Both the position numbers and the translations under genes were made by a program. This document shows, one piece after another, positions 1 through 11,227 of a stretch of DNA of 64,000 bases. The notes below the pieces were generated by a model. That model ran no database searches. It was given only the letters and a program-made list of their open reading frames with translations, and was not told the origin of the DNA. The DNA is taken from assembly GCA_030704615.1 (NCBI GenBank), contig CM060731.1, forward strand, positions 87,544,001-87,608,000. Reading direction: 5' to 3'. Origin of the DNA: Takakia lepidozioides (lineage: Eukaryota; Plantae; Bryophyta). Numbering within the stretch: position 1 is the stretch's first letter; each line of letters starts with the position of its first letter.

Positions 1-1225
1 ACCAAGTCTTCTGTAAACCGGGCGCTGGTACTGCAGCCAGCTTTTTCATCATCAATTCCATCTTCTCCATATACTCTTCAACAGTTTCATGCTTCTTCTG
101 CTTCAGCTGTTGTAAACTTCCATACACTTCATCCTCAGTTTTACTTGTCCTGAACCTATTTCGAAATGCTGTATTCAAGCCATTCCAGGTTAGGAAATGA
201 TTATCAGGGAATCTTGCATACCATTCACTTGCTTTCTTGATAAGTGAACAAGGAAACAGTCTCATCTTGGCATCATCGCCATTCTCATTGTTCACTATAC
301 ACATGTGCTCAAATTGGCTAATGTGTACATCGGGATCCCCTTTTCCTGAATATATTGGAAAGGGTGGTTTTGCCCGTGTTGGTTGTAACGCCATCTGTGG
401 CCCTACCTTCTGCCCACTGACAGGTGCTGGCACCCTTGCTGGTGCTGGTCCTTCTGGACCTGTTGTTTTTGTGGTGGATCTTCCACCAAGTGGTGGCCCT
501 TGAGCACTCCTTGCTTCTGGCCCCACGATATTCACAGTATTCCCAGCTTCAGTTGCACTACTTCCCACACTCCCTGTCCCCCCAGAGCCAGATCCAGGCA
601 GCCCGCCTGATCCCCCTGAGCCGACACCTTCGTTGGCCTGTGATCCAAGTGCTCCACTTGATCCAGGTCCAACGGGTTGGGATGTCCTGGTTGTAGTCTC
701 AACCTCAGCTGTTGGGTCTACTTCTTCATATTCTTCCTCTTCTAATTTCTTCTCTCTGTTTTCATCCTCCAAGTTCTGCCCTTGGGTTTCTTCTTCACTC
801 ATGTAACTCAACTGTAATGGTGTTGGAGAGTCTGAACTCTCCGTTGGCTCTGCCACATCCTCTTCTCCTTCTTCACCTTCTGCTTCAGAAACTGGAGTTC
901 CTGCTTTTGGTGTTCCATGCCAACTCTTATCAAAGATTTCTGTCAAGTCTTTTATCCAAGGATGTACCTCAGATCTTTCACCTCGTGATTGATCTTCTTC
1001 CTGTACCAATTCCCTTAATCTTTCTTGCAAAGAAACAGAAGGAGTGGCATCCAACTCTAGTTCTTCCGGTATAGGTGATGCACTCTTTGATCTTAATGGT
1101 GTGAGAGGTCCAGATGATTCCCCTATGTCTATTCCTCTCTCCCAAAGATATGGATAATTAGCTTTCAGATAGCTTTCTCTTTTTGCTGAATATCTCTGTC
1201 GTCTAGCTTCTCTTTCATCACTCAT
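1..1225 (-). CDS. Gag N-terminal part of family B copy 1 (partial, appears open to the window edge)
   Basis: ATG at 1225 (MSDERE...). Homologous to 21103-22316 but lacks that copy's TAG (here CAG) and 1-nt deletion. Retrotransposon gag motif FPIYSGKGDPDVHISQFE...LFPCSL...ASEWY. Confidence 0.75.
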   Translation of the reverse strand, partial: MSDEREARRQRYSAKRESYLKANYPYLWERGIDIGESSGPLTPLRSKSASPIPEELELDATPSVSLQERLRELVQEEDQSRGERSEVHPWIKDLTEIFDKSWHGTPKAGTPVSEAEGEEGEEDVAEPTESSDSPTPLQLSYMSEEETQGQNLEDENREKKLEEEEYEEVDPTAEVETTTRTSQPVGPGSSGALGSQANEGVGSGGSGGLPGSGSGGTGSVGSSATEAGNTVNIVGPEARSAQGPPLGGRSTTKTTGPEGPAPARVPAPVSGQKVGPQMALQPTRAKPPFPIYSGKGDPDVHISQFEHMCIVNNENGDDAKMRLFPCSLIKKASEWYARFPDNHFLTWNGLNTAFRNRFRTSKTEDEVYGSLQQLKQKKHETVEEYMEKMELMMKKLAAVPAPGLQKTW

Positions 1226-1246
1226 GTCCCATGTCTTTCATTTCTT

Positions 1247-1942
1247 TTAATGTGGCAATAACCAAAACTCTCTTCTGTAATATCTCTCGTATATGCCTGG
1301 GTTTCTTTCAAGCTTCAATGCACCCTTGGCTATACTTGAAGTCTCCGTTACCATATAACCATATGGCAAACAAGTCTGAAAAGCTGTTCTTGGTGTGAGT
1401 TTGATCCACAAAATATCCTTTGGAATCCAATTCTTTACCAGTACAAGCTCTTCATGCATATGAGTATAAACATTCACCTTTCTTTCTTCCCAGCCTTCAA
1501 ACTCTACTCGTTTAATGGATAGCAATGCTATCACATAAACCAATGTTGGTAACCAACGTGCTCTTCCTCTACAGGCTACCTGATAAATCTTTATCACTCC
1601 TTTCTCCAGACCCCATTCTGGATCAGCATCATGCACTCGTTTAAGAATATTTTCTTTACAACCGTCTGGCAATTCCAAGAACCTTTGAAAGAATTGTTTG
1701 GACAATCTTTCTTCCTTCGTTCCACAGGGAATTTGATTCACTTCAAATTCTTTAATGGTCCAACCACCATGATCCCACCAGATGCCTGTCACATCTGGTT
1801 GTTCATGTCCCAGGTCCCCAGTATGGTCGCCAAATGTCGCGCGGCTTTTACTCACCCATCCCTTCGCTATTCGAGGCGGAAACTCCAAGATAGAAGAGTT
1901 GGAAATCTCTAAGTACTCAGCCCGCGCAGAACAATCAGTCAT
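1247..1942 (-). CDS. Extra ORF1 (231 aa, unknown function) upstream of gag, family B copy 1
   Basis: Intact ORF, near-identical to 20386-21081 and clearly homologous to the diverged copy at 51866-52351. Confidence 0.7.
   Translation of the reverse strand: MTDCSARAEYLEISNSSILEFPPRIAKGWVSKSRATFGDHTGDLGHEQPDVTGIWWDHGGWTIKEFEVNQIPCGTKEERLSKQFFQRFLELPDGCKENILKRVHDADPEWGLEKGVIKIYQVACRGRARWLPTLVYVIALLSIKRVEFEGWEERKVNVYTHMHEELVLVKNWIPKDILWIKLTPRTAFQTCLPYGYMVTETSSIAKGALKLERNPGIYERYYRREFWLLPH
1813..1832 (-). promoter_or_regulatory. Primer-binding site of family B copy 1 (TGGCGACCATACTGGGGACC; tRNA-Arg-like)
   Basis: TGG-initiated sequence 2 nt after the LTR end; resembles the Arg-type PBS of Ogre/Tat elements. 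Confidence 0.7.
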
Positions 1943-2894
1943 GACCTACAGCTAGTGTATCATGGGGGTGTTTCCTATTTGTTTCCCTTTTGGTATTCAT
2001 GTTAGCTATCTTACCATTGATAATTAAGTATCAGTTTGCTTTATCAATCTATTGGATTCCATCAGCTCATCCATTCATTTCACAGCTTCACTCAGATCTC
2101 TCTACACAGTGTGATTGTATCGTAAAAGTATCCGATTATGATTTATCAGGTATCAGGCCGAAGCCATTGTGTCTCTAATCTGCTCTACAATATCATTACA
2201 GCCTTGCCTATATCAAGCATCTACTCATCATCTCTCTATCTTCACTTCCGTTCTTCATCTCTGCCCGATCCCCTCTCCTCTATCACCAAGAAGTCCTCCT
2301 CCGAATGATGTCCCTCAATTCCCCGTTTCTCCCTTTATCTTCCTATCCGCGGTTCTAACCGTTTCCCTCACTAACCGTGTCTGTGAACTAACATGTTCCC
2401 TTCGCAGGTGTTGTTCCCCACAGTCGTTCCCTGTCCTACTCTTCGTTCCCTATGATCGTGACAGCTGTGTCAAGCTGTGACTGGCTGTGTGAAACTATGA
2501 CGGGCTGTGCGACTGTGTTTGGCTGTGTCGGGCTGTGACTGGCTGTGTGGCTGTGCCGGGCTGCTGTGTCGGCTGTGTCGGCTGTGTCTGCTGTGACGAC
2601 TGTGACGGGCTGTGTTGGCTGTGTCGGCTGTGACGACTGTGACGGGCTGTGTTGGCTGTGTTGGCTGTGACGACTGTGACGGGCTGTGTTGGCTGTGTTG
2701 GCTGTGACGACTGTGACGGGCTGTGTTGGCTGTGTTGGCTGTGACAACTGTGACGGGCTGTGTTGGCTGTGTTGCCCCCCTCTACAGTACGCTGCTGTCA
2801 CCCCTAAGGCTCCTGTTGGTCTCAGTCTGTGCAAAAATTAAGGGTACCCTACAGATCCCGTATAAGTGTCTAAGTCCCCGACAGTCCTCTAACA
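1835..2894 (-). repeat. 5' LTR of family B copy 1 (~1060 bp), with ACAGCC/GTCACAGCC minisatellite at ~2460-2770
   Basis: TG...CA termini; matches 19509-20493 and 44258-45298. Confidence 0.9.
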
Positions 2895-3932
2895 AAGCCT
2901 GGGAGCCCTAGAAAAGGGGAAAGAGGTCCATGGTGACATCTTCAAATCTAGAAGTGTACCAGATGTCATTCTGAAGACAACCCTGGTGAACATGTATGCC
3001 AAATATGGGTGGATTGAGGATGCACAGGAGTTTTCAACACTATGGTTGAACGAGATGTGGTGTCGTGAACTCAATACCCTCATGAACATGTATGCCAAGT
3101 GCGGGAATGTGGTGTCTGCACATGGAGCGTTTGACAAAATGCCTGAATATTTCTACTTGGAATACAATGATGGCAGGATTTGCCAAGCATGGGTGTGGTA
3201 GGGAGGTTTTTGAGGCCTATGAGCAAATGAGACAGGCAGGGATGATGCCAAACTGGGTCACCTTTATCTGTGTGTTGAAGGCTTTTACCAGCCTTGCAGC
3301 CCTGGAAATGGGCATGGTACCGGTGGTCCATACTGACATCATCATTTCCGGAATTGTTTCAGATATCACTCAAGAGAATACCCTTGTGAACATGTACACC
3401 AAATGCAGGAGCCTTACTGGCGCTCCTCAAGTGCTCGACAACATGGCTAAGTGGGATGTGGTCTCATGGAATGCAATGATCGGAGGATATGATGTGCATG
3501 GGAAGGGCAGGGAGGCTTTTGAGACCTAAAAGCAAATGAAATAGGAAGCGGTAATTTCCCTGCTCAAAGCTTGTGCCAGCCCTGCAGCCCTGGGAAAGAG
3601 CGAGGACGTCCATGCTGACATTATCAAAGCTAGAATTGCCCCAGATGTCGTCCTGAAGACTGCCCTTGCATATATGTACACCAAATGTGGGAGCATGAAG
3701 GATGCACATCAGGTTTTTGACAATATGGCTGAACAAAATGTGATCTCATGGAGTGCTATGATCGCAGGATATGCTTGGGATGTCTTGGGGAGGCCTTGCA
3801 ACTATTTGAACTGATGCAACAAAAAGGCTTAAAGCCAAATGCGCTTGTGACCTATGAGCAAATGATTGAGCAAGGGGTATTGCCCAACAAAGTCATGTTC
3901 ATTTGCGTTCTCAATGCATGTGCAAGCCTGGC
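2895..3932 (+). pseudogene. PLS-class pentatricopeptide repeat (PPR) pseudogene, 5' part
   Basis: Repeated motifs LVNMYAKCG, DVVSWNAMI, VTFICVLKA, SLAALEKGKEVH, with several stops and frameshifts; interrupted by LTR insertions. Confidence 0.88.
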
Positions 3933-4661
3933 TGTCGCGGCCCTTTGCCTTGAGGGCAGGGGGGTCGGGACACACGAGGGGCTGCCCCTGTGGTGGGGGC
4001 AGCGGCAGCGATAGGTATGGGGGGGCTGAAGCACCCTTGAGTGCCCAAGGCACTCAGGGAAGTGGAGGCGCTCACTAGGTGGAGCCCCGCACACCGGGTT
4101 GCGGTGGGGGTGGCTCCACAAGGGGTGGTGGTAGCTTAGCAGGACTTAGTGGGGGTGACATAGGACTCACCATGGGGGCGGAGACCTCGTGGTGGGAGTC
4201 GTGGGGAGTCTTGGGACTCATCACGGTCCATAGGGGCCGTGGTGAGTGGGCCAAGACTCACCGCGACTCATCACCGGGAGTCGAGGGTTTTCGTGGTGGT
4301 TTGCCATAAAATGGCATGGCTGGTTGTGAAACCCCCGCGGACAGCTACAGAAGTATATATAAGGGAGTAGTGACCCCGAGAACGGTGCAAGCCCGTTGGT
4401 GACCAAAAACTAGTGAGTAAGCGAGCGAGCCGGAAAGCGACCAAAGAGTGGGGAGCTGTTCCGGACTGCCATCTACCAAAGGGAATTCTCCTAGTCCCAA
4501 ATAGGTGGAGGGTTTAGTGGGAAGCAAAGGGGGACCGTTATGTCCCGGTGAGCAGCCGAAGCTCCAAGTTGGCCCGGGCAGCCAGGTTGGGAGTCAAGCG
4601 CGCGCATCAAAGCGAGTAACTATGACTTGAAGGGGAGCTTACCAAAGTGAGGTGCGCGACA
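3933..4661 (+). repeat. 5' LTR of A copy 1
   Basis: TGTCGCGG...GCGCGACA; TATATATAA near 4355; near-identical to 10188-10917. Confidence 0.95.
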
Positions 4662-4663
4662 CT

Positions 4664-4675
4664 TGGTATCAGAGC
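4664..4675 (+). promoter_or_regulatory. PBS complementary to initiator tRNA-Met (TGGTATCAGAGC)
   Basis: Canonical plant iMet PBS 2 nt after the LTR. Confidence 0.93.
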
Positions 4676-4716
4676 TTAGAGTTCAGTACGCGATCGTCCT
4701 TGGGATTGGCCTCATC

Positions 4717-7700
4717 ATGGGGTCGGGCAAGCCAAAGCGAAAGCGGAACGGCCCAAAAGATGATGATCCTGGTGAGCCGGATGGGGGCGACGTGTCACCG
4801 AAGCGGCCGTTTGAGGAAGCGACGCAGGTTTCTGAAAGCGAGGCCGCTCAAGAGCGGGAGGAATCCGAGGAGTCGGAGCCCAAGGAATCCGTGAGAGCTC
4901 CGACCGACCAACAGATGCCTCCCATGCCGGCAGTCTTTTGGGAAGGGTTGTTGGCGCAGTTTGGCGGGACGTTGAAAGACGTGTTGAAGGCGGCTAATGC
5001 CACTTCCACTAAGGCAAAGTTTAAGGTGAAGCCTAAGGAACCCGGCACCTTCGAGGGCGTCCGAAATCGGAAGGCACTCAACATCTGGCTCCTGGAGCTA
5101 GAGCAGTACTTCCGGGCGGCCAAGTTGAGTGACGAGGATCGGGTGGAAGTGGCTCCCACCTATTTGAGGGGCTATGCTCAACAATGGTGGCAGAAACGCC
5201 TTCATGACCGAGGCCCAAGCCCGGAAACCTTGAACTGGAGTGGGTTCAAGGAATTGATGAAGAGACAGTTTGTGCCCCTCAACGCGTCCTAGCTTGCCCG
5301 GGACAAGATGAGGAATTTGAAGCAAACAGATGACATTCGGGGGTATGTCCAGGATTTCAATGTGCTGTTGCTCGAAGTCGCGGACATGGCAGAACCAGAA
5401 ATGATCTTCAACTTTGTGGCGGGACTGGCCCCATGGGCCAGGCGGAAGTTGGAGGAGAAGCCACCCAAGACTTTGAACGAGGCAATTGAGAGGGCTGAAT
5501 GTTTCTCAGATGTCCCTAGGGGTGAGAGACAAGGCCGTACGGAGCTGAACCACAAGAAGACCCGGCGGGAAGGTGACTCCTCCCGACCGGAAAAGAAGTG
5601 GGATAGGCCACGCGGCGACAATGGCACGTGGAAATCGAAAGGAGGGCCTTCACACGTCAAGGCGGCACCCGGTGCTTCGAAAGGAAAAGCGGGTGGAGCG
5701 GCTTATGGCGGACAGAAGGCGACCTTTGATGGAGTGTGTTTCAATTGCGGGGAGCCCGGGCACATGGCCAAGAAGTGCACAAAACCTCGACAATTGAACA
5801 TGACTCGAGCAACCACAGAGCTGTCGGAAGATACCATCAATCGCTTGGTGGAAGCGGTGGTCGCCAGGACTTGCAAGGTAGGCAACTATTCTTGTGAGTT
5901 GTATCAGGAAACTGGCGCCCTGCGTAAAGGGAGTCAGTTATTGTTCGTGGATGGGATAATATCCGGAACTAACGTGTCGTTGTTGGTGGACACAGGAGCG
6001 TCGCACTCCTTCATGACGCCGGCGGCGGCGCGAAAGTTGGGACTCCCAACAAGTGACATTGGGGCCTCTATTGAGGTGCGTTCTGCCAAAGAAAAACCAC
6101 AGTTGGCGACAAGGTTGGCGTTTGATGTTCCTCTTCAACTGGGGAGTTGGGAGGGACGTGAGAACTTCACCATATGCGAGATCGAGGGGGTAGATCTCAT
6201 TTTGGGGATGACCTTTTTGAGCAAATCCGGAGCGGTCATAGATGGCCGCAAGAGAGTAGTCACGCTGCCATGTGGGAATGGTGGCAAGGTCTTACGAGTG
6301 TCGGAAACGCCCAAATCCGTGGGAGGGCGAATAAACCTTCTGTCAGCAAGGGAGTGGGCCGTGGAGGAGGCACACGAACCCCAGGTTTTGCTCTACATTA
6401 GAGAAGTGAAGGGAGAAGGCGATGGGGAGCCGAGCCCAAATTGGATCAAGGGGATTTTGGAGAAATACCAGGATGTGATGCCGGAGGACTTACCAAGCGG
6501 CTTGCCACCGCGAAGAGGAGTTGACCACAAGATTGAGGTGATACCGGGAACGGAACCGCCTGCCAAGGCACCTTACCGGTTGAGCCACAGGGAGTTGGTC
6601 GAGCTGAAGACTCAGCTCAAGGATCTAATGTCAAAGGGGTACATCCGGCCGAGTAAGTCACCTTACGGAGCCCCGGTGCTATTCGCAGACAAGAAGGATG
6701 GGACGCTGCGGATGTGTGTCGATTACAGGGCTCTGAATAAGGTGACTATCAAAAACCGGTACCCTTTGCCAAGGATCGACTACCTCTTCGATCGGTTGGC
6801 AAGAGCGAAGTATTTCAGCCGGATCGACTTGCGCTCCGTCTATCACCAAATTTGGGTGGCGGAAGGAGATGAGGAGAAGACCGCGTGCAGGACAAGGTAT
6901 GGTTCATATGAGTTCTTGGTGATGCCTTTTGGGCTCACCAATGCACCTGCGACCTTTAGCACGCTGATGAACAGCCTTTTCCAGGAGTGGTTGGATGACT
7001 TTGTGATCGTGTACATCGACGACATCTTGGTGTACTCGAAAACAAAGGAGGAGCACCTGGAGCACCTCAAAAGGGTGTTCCAAAAGTTGCGGGAAGGGAA
7101 GCTGTACGCCAAAGCTTCAAAGTGCGAATTCGGGGTCATGAAAGTGGAGTTCTTGGGGCATGTGATTACACATGATGGGATCAAAATGGATGACAGAAAG
7201 GTGAGGGCGATCTTGGACTGGGAGCCTCCGACTTCGGTCCCGGGAGTGCGATCCTTCCTAGGACTCGCCTCCTATTACCGGAAGTATGTGAGAAATTTTG
7301 CCAAGATTGCGGGGCCGCTGTCAGACCTTCTGTGTAAATCTAAAGTCTGGGCATGGAACACCTTTTGTGGCCAAGCTTTTGCTGAATTGAAGCAGCGGAT
7401 GGCGGAAGCTCCAGTCTTGAAAATCCCGGAGTTCGATCGTCCATTTGAGATACATACAGATGCGTCGGACTTCGCGATTGGTGGTGTGCTGATGCAAGAT
7501 GGACGTCCAGTGGCTTACGAAAGTAAGAAACTGAATGAAGTGGAGCGACGGTGGCCGACGCTTGAGAAAGAGATGAAGGCGGTGGTGCATTGTCTTGAGC
7601 TTTGGCGCCACTATGTTGGTTCCAACCCAGTGAAGGTGTTCACGGACAATGTCACGGTGAAGTATTTTGCCACGCAGCCCAAGTTGTCCCCAAAACAACT

Positions 7701-9279
7701 TAGGTGGCAAGATACTTTGGCGATGTTCGACGTGGATATCCAGTACAAACCGGGACGAGACAACGTGGTGGCCGATGCTTTAAGTAGAAAGCAACAGCTC
7801 TTGTTGGTGTACAAGGGCGAGACGGCGCTCCAAAAGAAGATCCGGAAGGCTTGCCGGAAGGATGAGCTGACGAAGTCCGTGATGCAGGACTTGAGGATGG
7901 GGGTTAGATCGCAGTTCCACTTGCAAAATGGACTGCTCCGATATAAGCAAAAACGTCTCTACGTGCCGAAGGGAGGGATCAGAGATAGCCTCTTGAGAGA
8001 ATGCCATGATAGCCCGCTTGCGGGCCACGGCGGAGCCAAGCGCACTGCGGCACTCTTGAAGAAAGAGTATTTCTGGCCCAAACTGAGGGAGGAGGCAGAG
8101 GAGTATGTCAAGACATGCACCACATGCCAACAAAACCGGAGCGAGTACAAAAAGCAAGCGGGGCTGTTACAACCCTTGCCGATTCCAGAGGGGACTTGGG
8201 AAAGCGTCTCGATGGATTTCATGACTGCTATGCCGCTGTCAAAAGGATTCGATGCAATCATGGTGGTGGTAGATAGGTTCAGTAAAATGGGCCATTTCAT
8301 CCCCACCAAGGAGACGGCAACGGTGCAGGAGACAGGGCGACTTTACTTCGCCCACGTCTTAAAGCATCATGGAGTCCCGAAGGATATTGTCTCGGATCGC
8401 GATCCAAAGTTTACGAGTAAATTTTGGAGGACACTTTGGAAGAAAATGGGGACGAGGCTGAAGATGAGCACCGCCTTCCGACCTACGACGGACGGCCAAA
8501 CGGAAAGAGTGAATTCCGTAGTGAAGCAATTCTTGCGGAATTACGTGTCGGCAGACCAATCAGACTGGATGGAACACTTAGACGCGGCAGAGTTCTGCTA
8601 TAATAACACAGAACACTCCGCAACGGGAGTTTCCCCTTTTGTATTGGTCTATGGAAAAGCACCTCTAGTGCCGACAAGTTGGGCCGCCCAGGACGTTGAG
8701 GAACCGGCAGTAGCGGCGGTACTGGAAGAACGCGAGCGTTTGTTGAAGCTTGCAAAGTACAACATTGCCAAAGCTAGGAAACGGTATGAAAGGCAGGCGA
8801 ATCGGAAGCGGAGGGAAGTGAAGTTTGAGGCAGGCACAGAGGTCTGGTTGAACATCAAGAATTTCCGACTGCCTCCGGAAGTGAGTCCGAAGTTCGTACC
8901 TCCGTATGGGGGACCCTTTCACATTCGGAAGGTTATGAATGAGGATGTGTATGAATTGGAACTGCCGGCAAACAGCAAGGTGCACCCAGTATTCCATGTC
9001 TCCCTTTTGAAGCCTTACTTCAAAGATGAAGCGCGTCCGAATCGACATCAAGTGTTGCGTCCGCCACCTATGGTGTTGGATCATGAAAATGAACCTGAGT
9101 ACGAGGTGGAGGCAATACTTAAGTCGAGGAGGTTCAAGAACCGAGAAACGGAGTATCTCGTCAAATGGAAGGGCTATCATCATGTGGAGGCATCTTGGGT
9201 GCGTGCCTCAGAAATGGGAAACGCATCCGAGGCGGTTGCAGCTTTCGAAGGGCGACCTCAAAAGCGGAAGAAACATTGA
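4717..9279 (+). pseudogene. Single-frame gag-pol polyprotein with C-terminal chromodomain; one premature stop at 5290-5292
   Basis: Zinc knuckle [14 protein letters not shown], protease [18 protein letters not shown], RNase H TDASD, integrase HHCC and core, chromodomain YEVEAIL...YLVKWKGY. The TAG at 5290 is TGG in copy 2 (~45820). Confidence 0.93.
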
Positions 9280-10187
9280 TGGGGACATCAACCTTGGAGC
9301 GTGGGGGAGGAAATGCATGCTTAGCCCGGCGTAGCTAGCTTAGGAATCCGATTACAAAAACTTGTATTGTACAAAGAAAATTGTTATAAAGGAACTGGGT
9401 TCCAAATGTTGTGCGTCCTATTTTGTTTGGAATGGTGATGCATGGTATGGTTGGCTAGTGTGTAGAATGCATGCTAGCTTATAAAAGTGGGAGAGGTAAA
9501 TTGGGTTAATCGTGTGTTTGCGTAGTGCCGAAATCGGGTGACCCCCATCCAAGGGGCAAGGAAACTTGCGACTTCTTTGGGAGTTCACGTGCTAGTTCGC
9601 ACCTGGCGCGTGCGCGTACTATAACTGCGCTACCGAGGGGGTTGCCTTGTAGTGCGGGGTAACGCGGAAGCTACGTGCTTCCGTTCACGTACTATAATCG
9701 TGTAGCCTCGGGACGAAGTCGTAGTGTGGCTTCGGCGTGTTCCCGTACCTCAGGCCAGCATTCCAAGGCGGACCCAATTGCAATGATTGGGGCACACGGT
9801 TGGTTCAAGGCTATCTTCCTAGTCAAAGAGGGTTCCAGGTGAACCCTTGCTCAAGGTGATACCAAAAGCGGCCTCATGAGCGATCGCAAGCAATGTTGTT
9901 GCAGTAAGGCGATTCGATCCTCGGGGAGGATCGTTCCTTGGCCTTGAAGTAGGCCAAAAAGAGTGCACTGGGAGGAGCTGGAGAGGCTCCACCCTTGGCC
10001 GGGACTTGGAGGAAGTCGGCCGAACTAGCTAGTGGAGAGTAGAGTCAAGTGTGGGGTTTGGTTCTTTGCCATGAGACGCCATGGTACGGAAACAAACTCC
10101 TTGATGTGGGATGCCACAACTTGGATGTTCGTTTCTACAAAATGGACAAGTCGATGAGGACATCGACTCCCTGTTGGTAGGGGTGTG

Positions 10188-10917
10188 TGTCGCGGCCCTT
10201 TGCCTTGAGGGCAGGGGGGTCGGGACACACGAGGGGCTGCCCCTGTGGTGGGGGCAGCGGCAGCGATAGGTATGGGGGGGCTGAAGCACCCTTGAGTGCC
10301 CAAGGCACTCAGGGAAGCGGAGGCGCTCACTAGGTGGAGCCCCGCACACCGGGTTGCGGTGGGGGTGGCTCCACAAGGGGTGGCGGTAGCTTAGCGGGAC
10401 TTAGTGGGGGTGACATAGGACTCACCATGGGGGCGGAGACCTCGTGGTGGGAGTCGTGGGGAGTCTTGGGACTCATCACGGTCCATAGGGGCCGTGGTGA
10501 GTGGGCCAAGACTCACCGCGACTCATCACCGGGAGTCGAGGGTTTTCGTGGTGGTTCGCCATAAAATGGCATGGCTGGTTGTGAAGCCCCCGCGGACAGC
10601 TACAGAAGTATATATAAGGGGAGTAGTGACCCTAAGAACGGTGCAAGCCGGTTGGTGACCAAAAACTAGTGAGTAAGCGAGCGAGCCGGAAAGCAACCAA
10701 AGAGTGGGGAGCTGTTCCGGACTACCATCTACCAAAGGGAATTCTCCTAGTCCCAAATAGGTGGAGGGTTTAGTGGGAAGCGAAGGGGGACCGTTATGTC
10801 CCGGTGAGTAGCCGAAGCTCCAAGTTGGCCCGGGCGGCCAGGTTGGGAGTCAGGCGCGCGCATCAAAGCGAGTAACTATGACTTGAAGGGGAGCTTACCG
10901 AAGTGAGGTGCGCAATA
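10188..10917 (+). repeat. 3' LTR of A copy 1
   Basis: Matches the 5' LTR; terminal GCGACA has decayed to GCAATA; preceded by G-rich GGTAGGGGTGTG. Confidence 0.95.
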
Positions 10918-11220
10918 CTGGCAGCCCTGGAAAAGGGCAAAGAGGTCCATGCTGCGATCGATGTTGGAACAGAGTCATATTTGAATCTGGAGAATCTGCA
11001 TGGGGATATCATCAAAGCTGGAATTATACCAAACGTCATTCTGAACATTGCCCTGGCAGCTCTGGAAAAGGGGAAAGAGGTCCATGGCGACATCTTCAAA
11101 GCTGGAATTGTACCAGATGTCATTATGAACAATACCCTGGTGGATATGTTTGCAAAATGTGGGTGCATCTAGGATGCAAAGGGAGTGTTTGACACTATGG
11201 CTGAACGAGATGTGGTGTCG
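10918..11220 (+). pseudogene. PPR pseudogene, 3' continuation
   Basis: LAALEKGKEVH...NTLVDMFAKCGC*, then ...AERDVVS before an abrupt junction. Confidence 0.85.
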
Positions 11221-11227
11221 TCCTTGA

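Larger units (their letters stand above)
1..2894 (-). mobile_element. Ty3/Gypsy non-chromovirus LTR retrotransposon, family B copy 1 (5' LTR, PBS, ORF1, start of gag; runs off the left edge)
   Basis: Near-identical reverse complement of 19509-22326. The LTR begins TGTTAGAGG at 2894 and ends GCGCGACA at 1835, followed by a PBS. Confidence 0.93.
3933..10917 (+). mobile_element. Full-length chromovirus Ty3/Gypsy LTR retrotransposon, family A copy 1
   Basis: Two ~730-bp LTRs, 5-bp TSD CTGGC (3928-3932 and 10918-10922), iMet PBS, and gag-PR-RT-RH-INT-chromodomain. Removing it restores the PPR frame (ASLAALEK). Confidence 0.97.

Noticed and set aside
1-10. Using B copy 1 as proof of the empty MULE site
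   Set aside because: The window ends at the target sequence; the empty site is instead shown by the relative at ~47910-47940.
2436-2834. H/S/Q/T-rich ORFs (also 19569-19877, 39638-40162 and 44351-44698)
   Set aside because: Translations of minisatellites.
5290-5292. Programmed stop-codon readthrough in family A gag
   Set aside because: Other copies have TGG here (~45820 and ~58267), so it is a nonsense mutation.
5703-9183. Antisense ORFs over the pol genes (also 16351-18336)
   Set aside because: Shadow frames of the retrotransposon coding strand.
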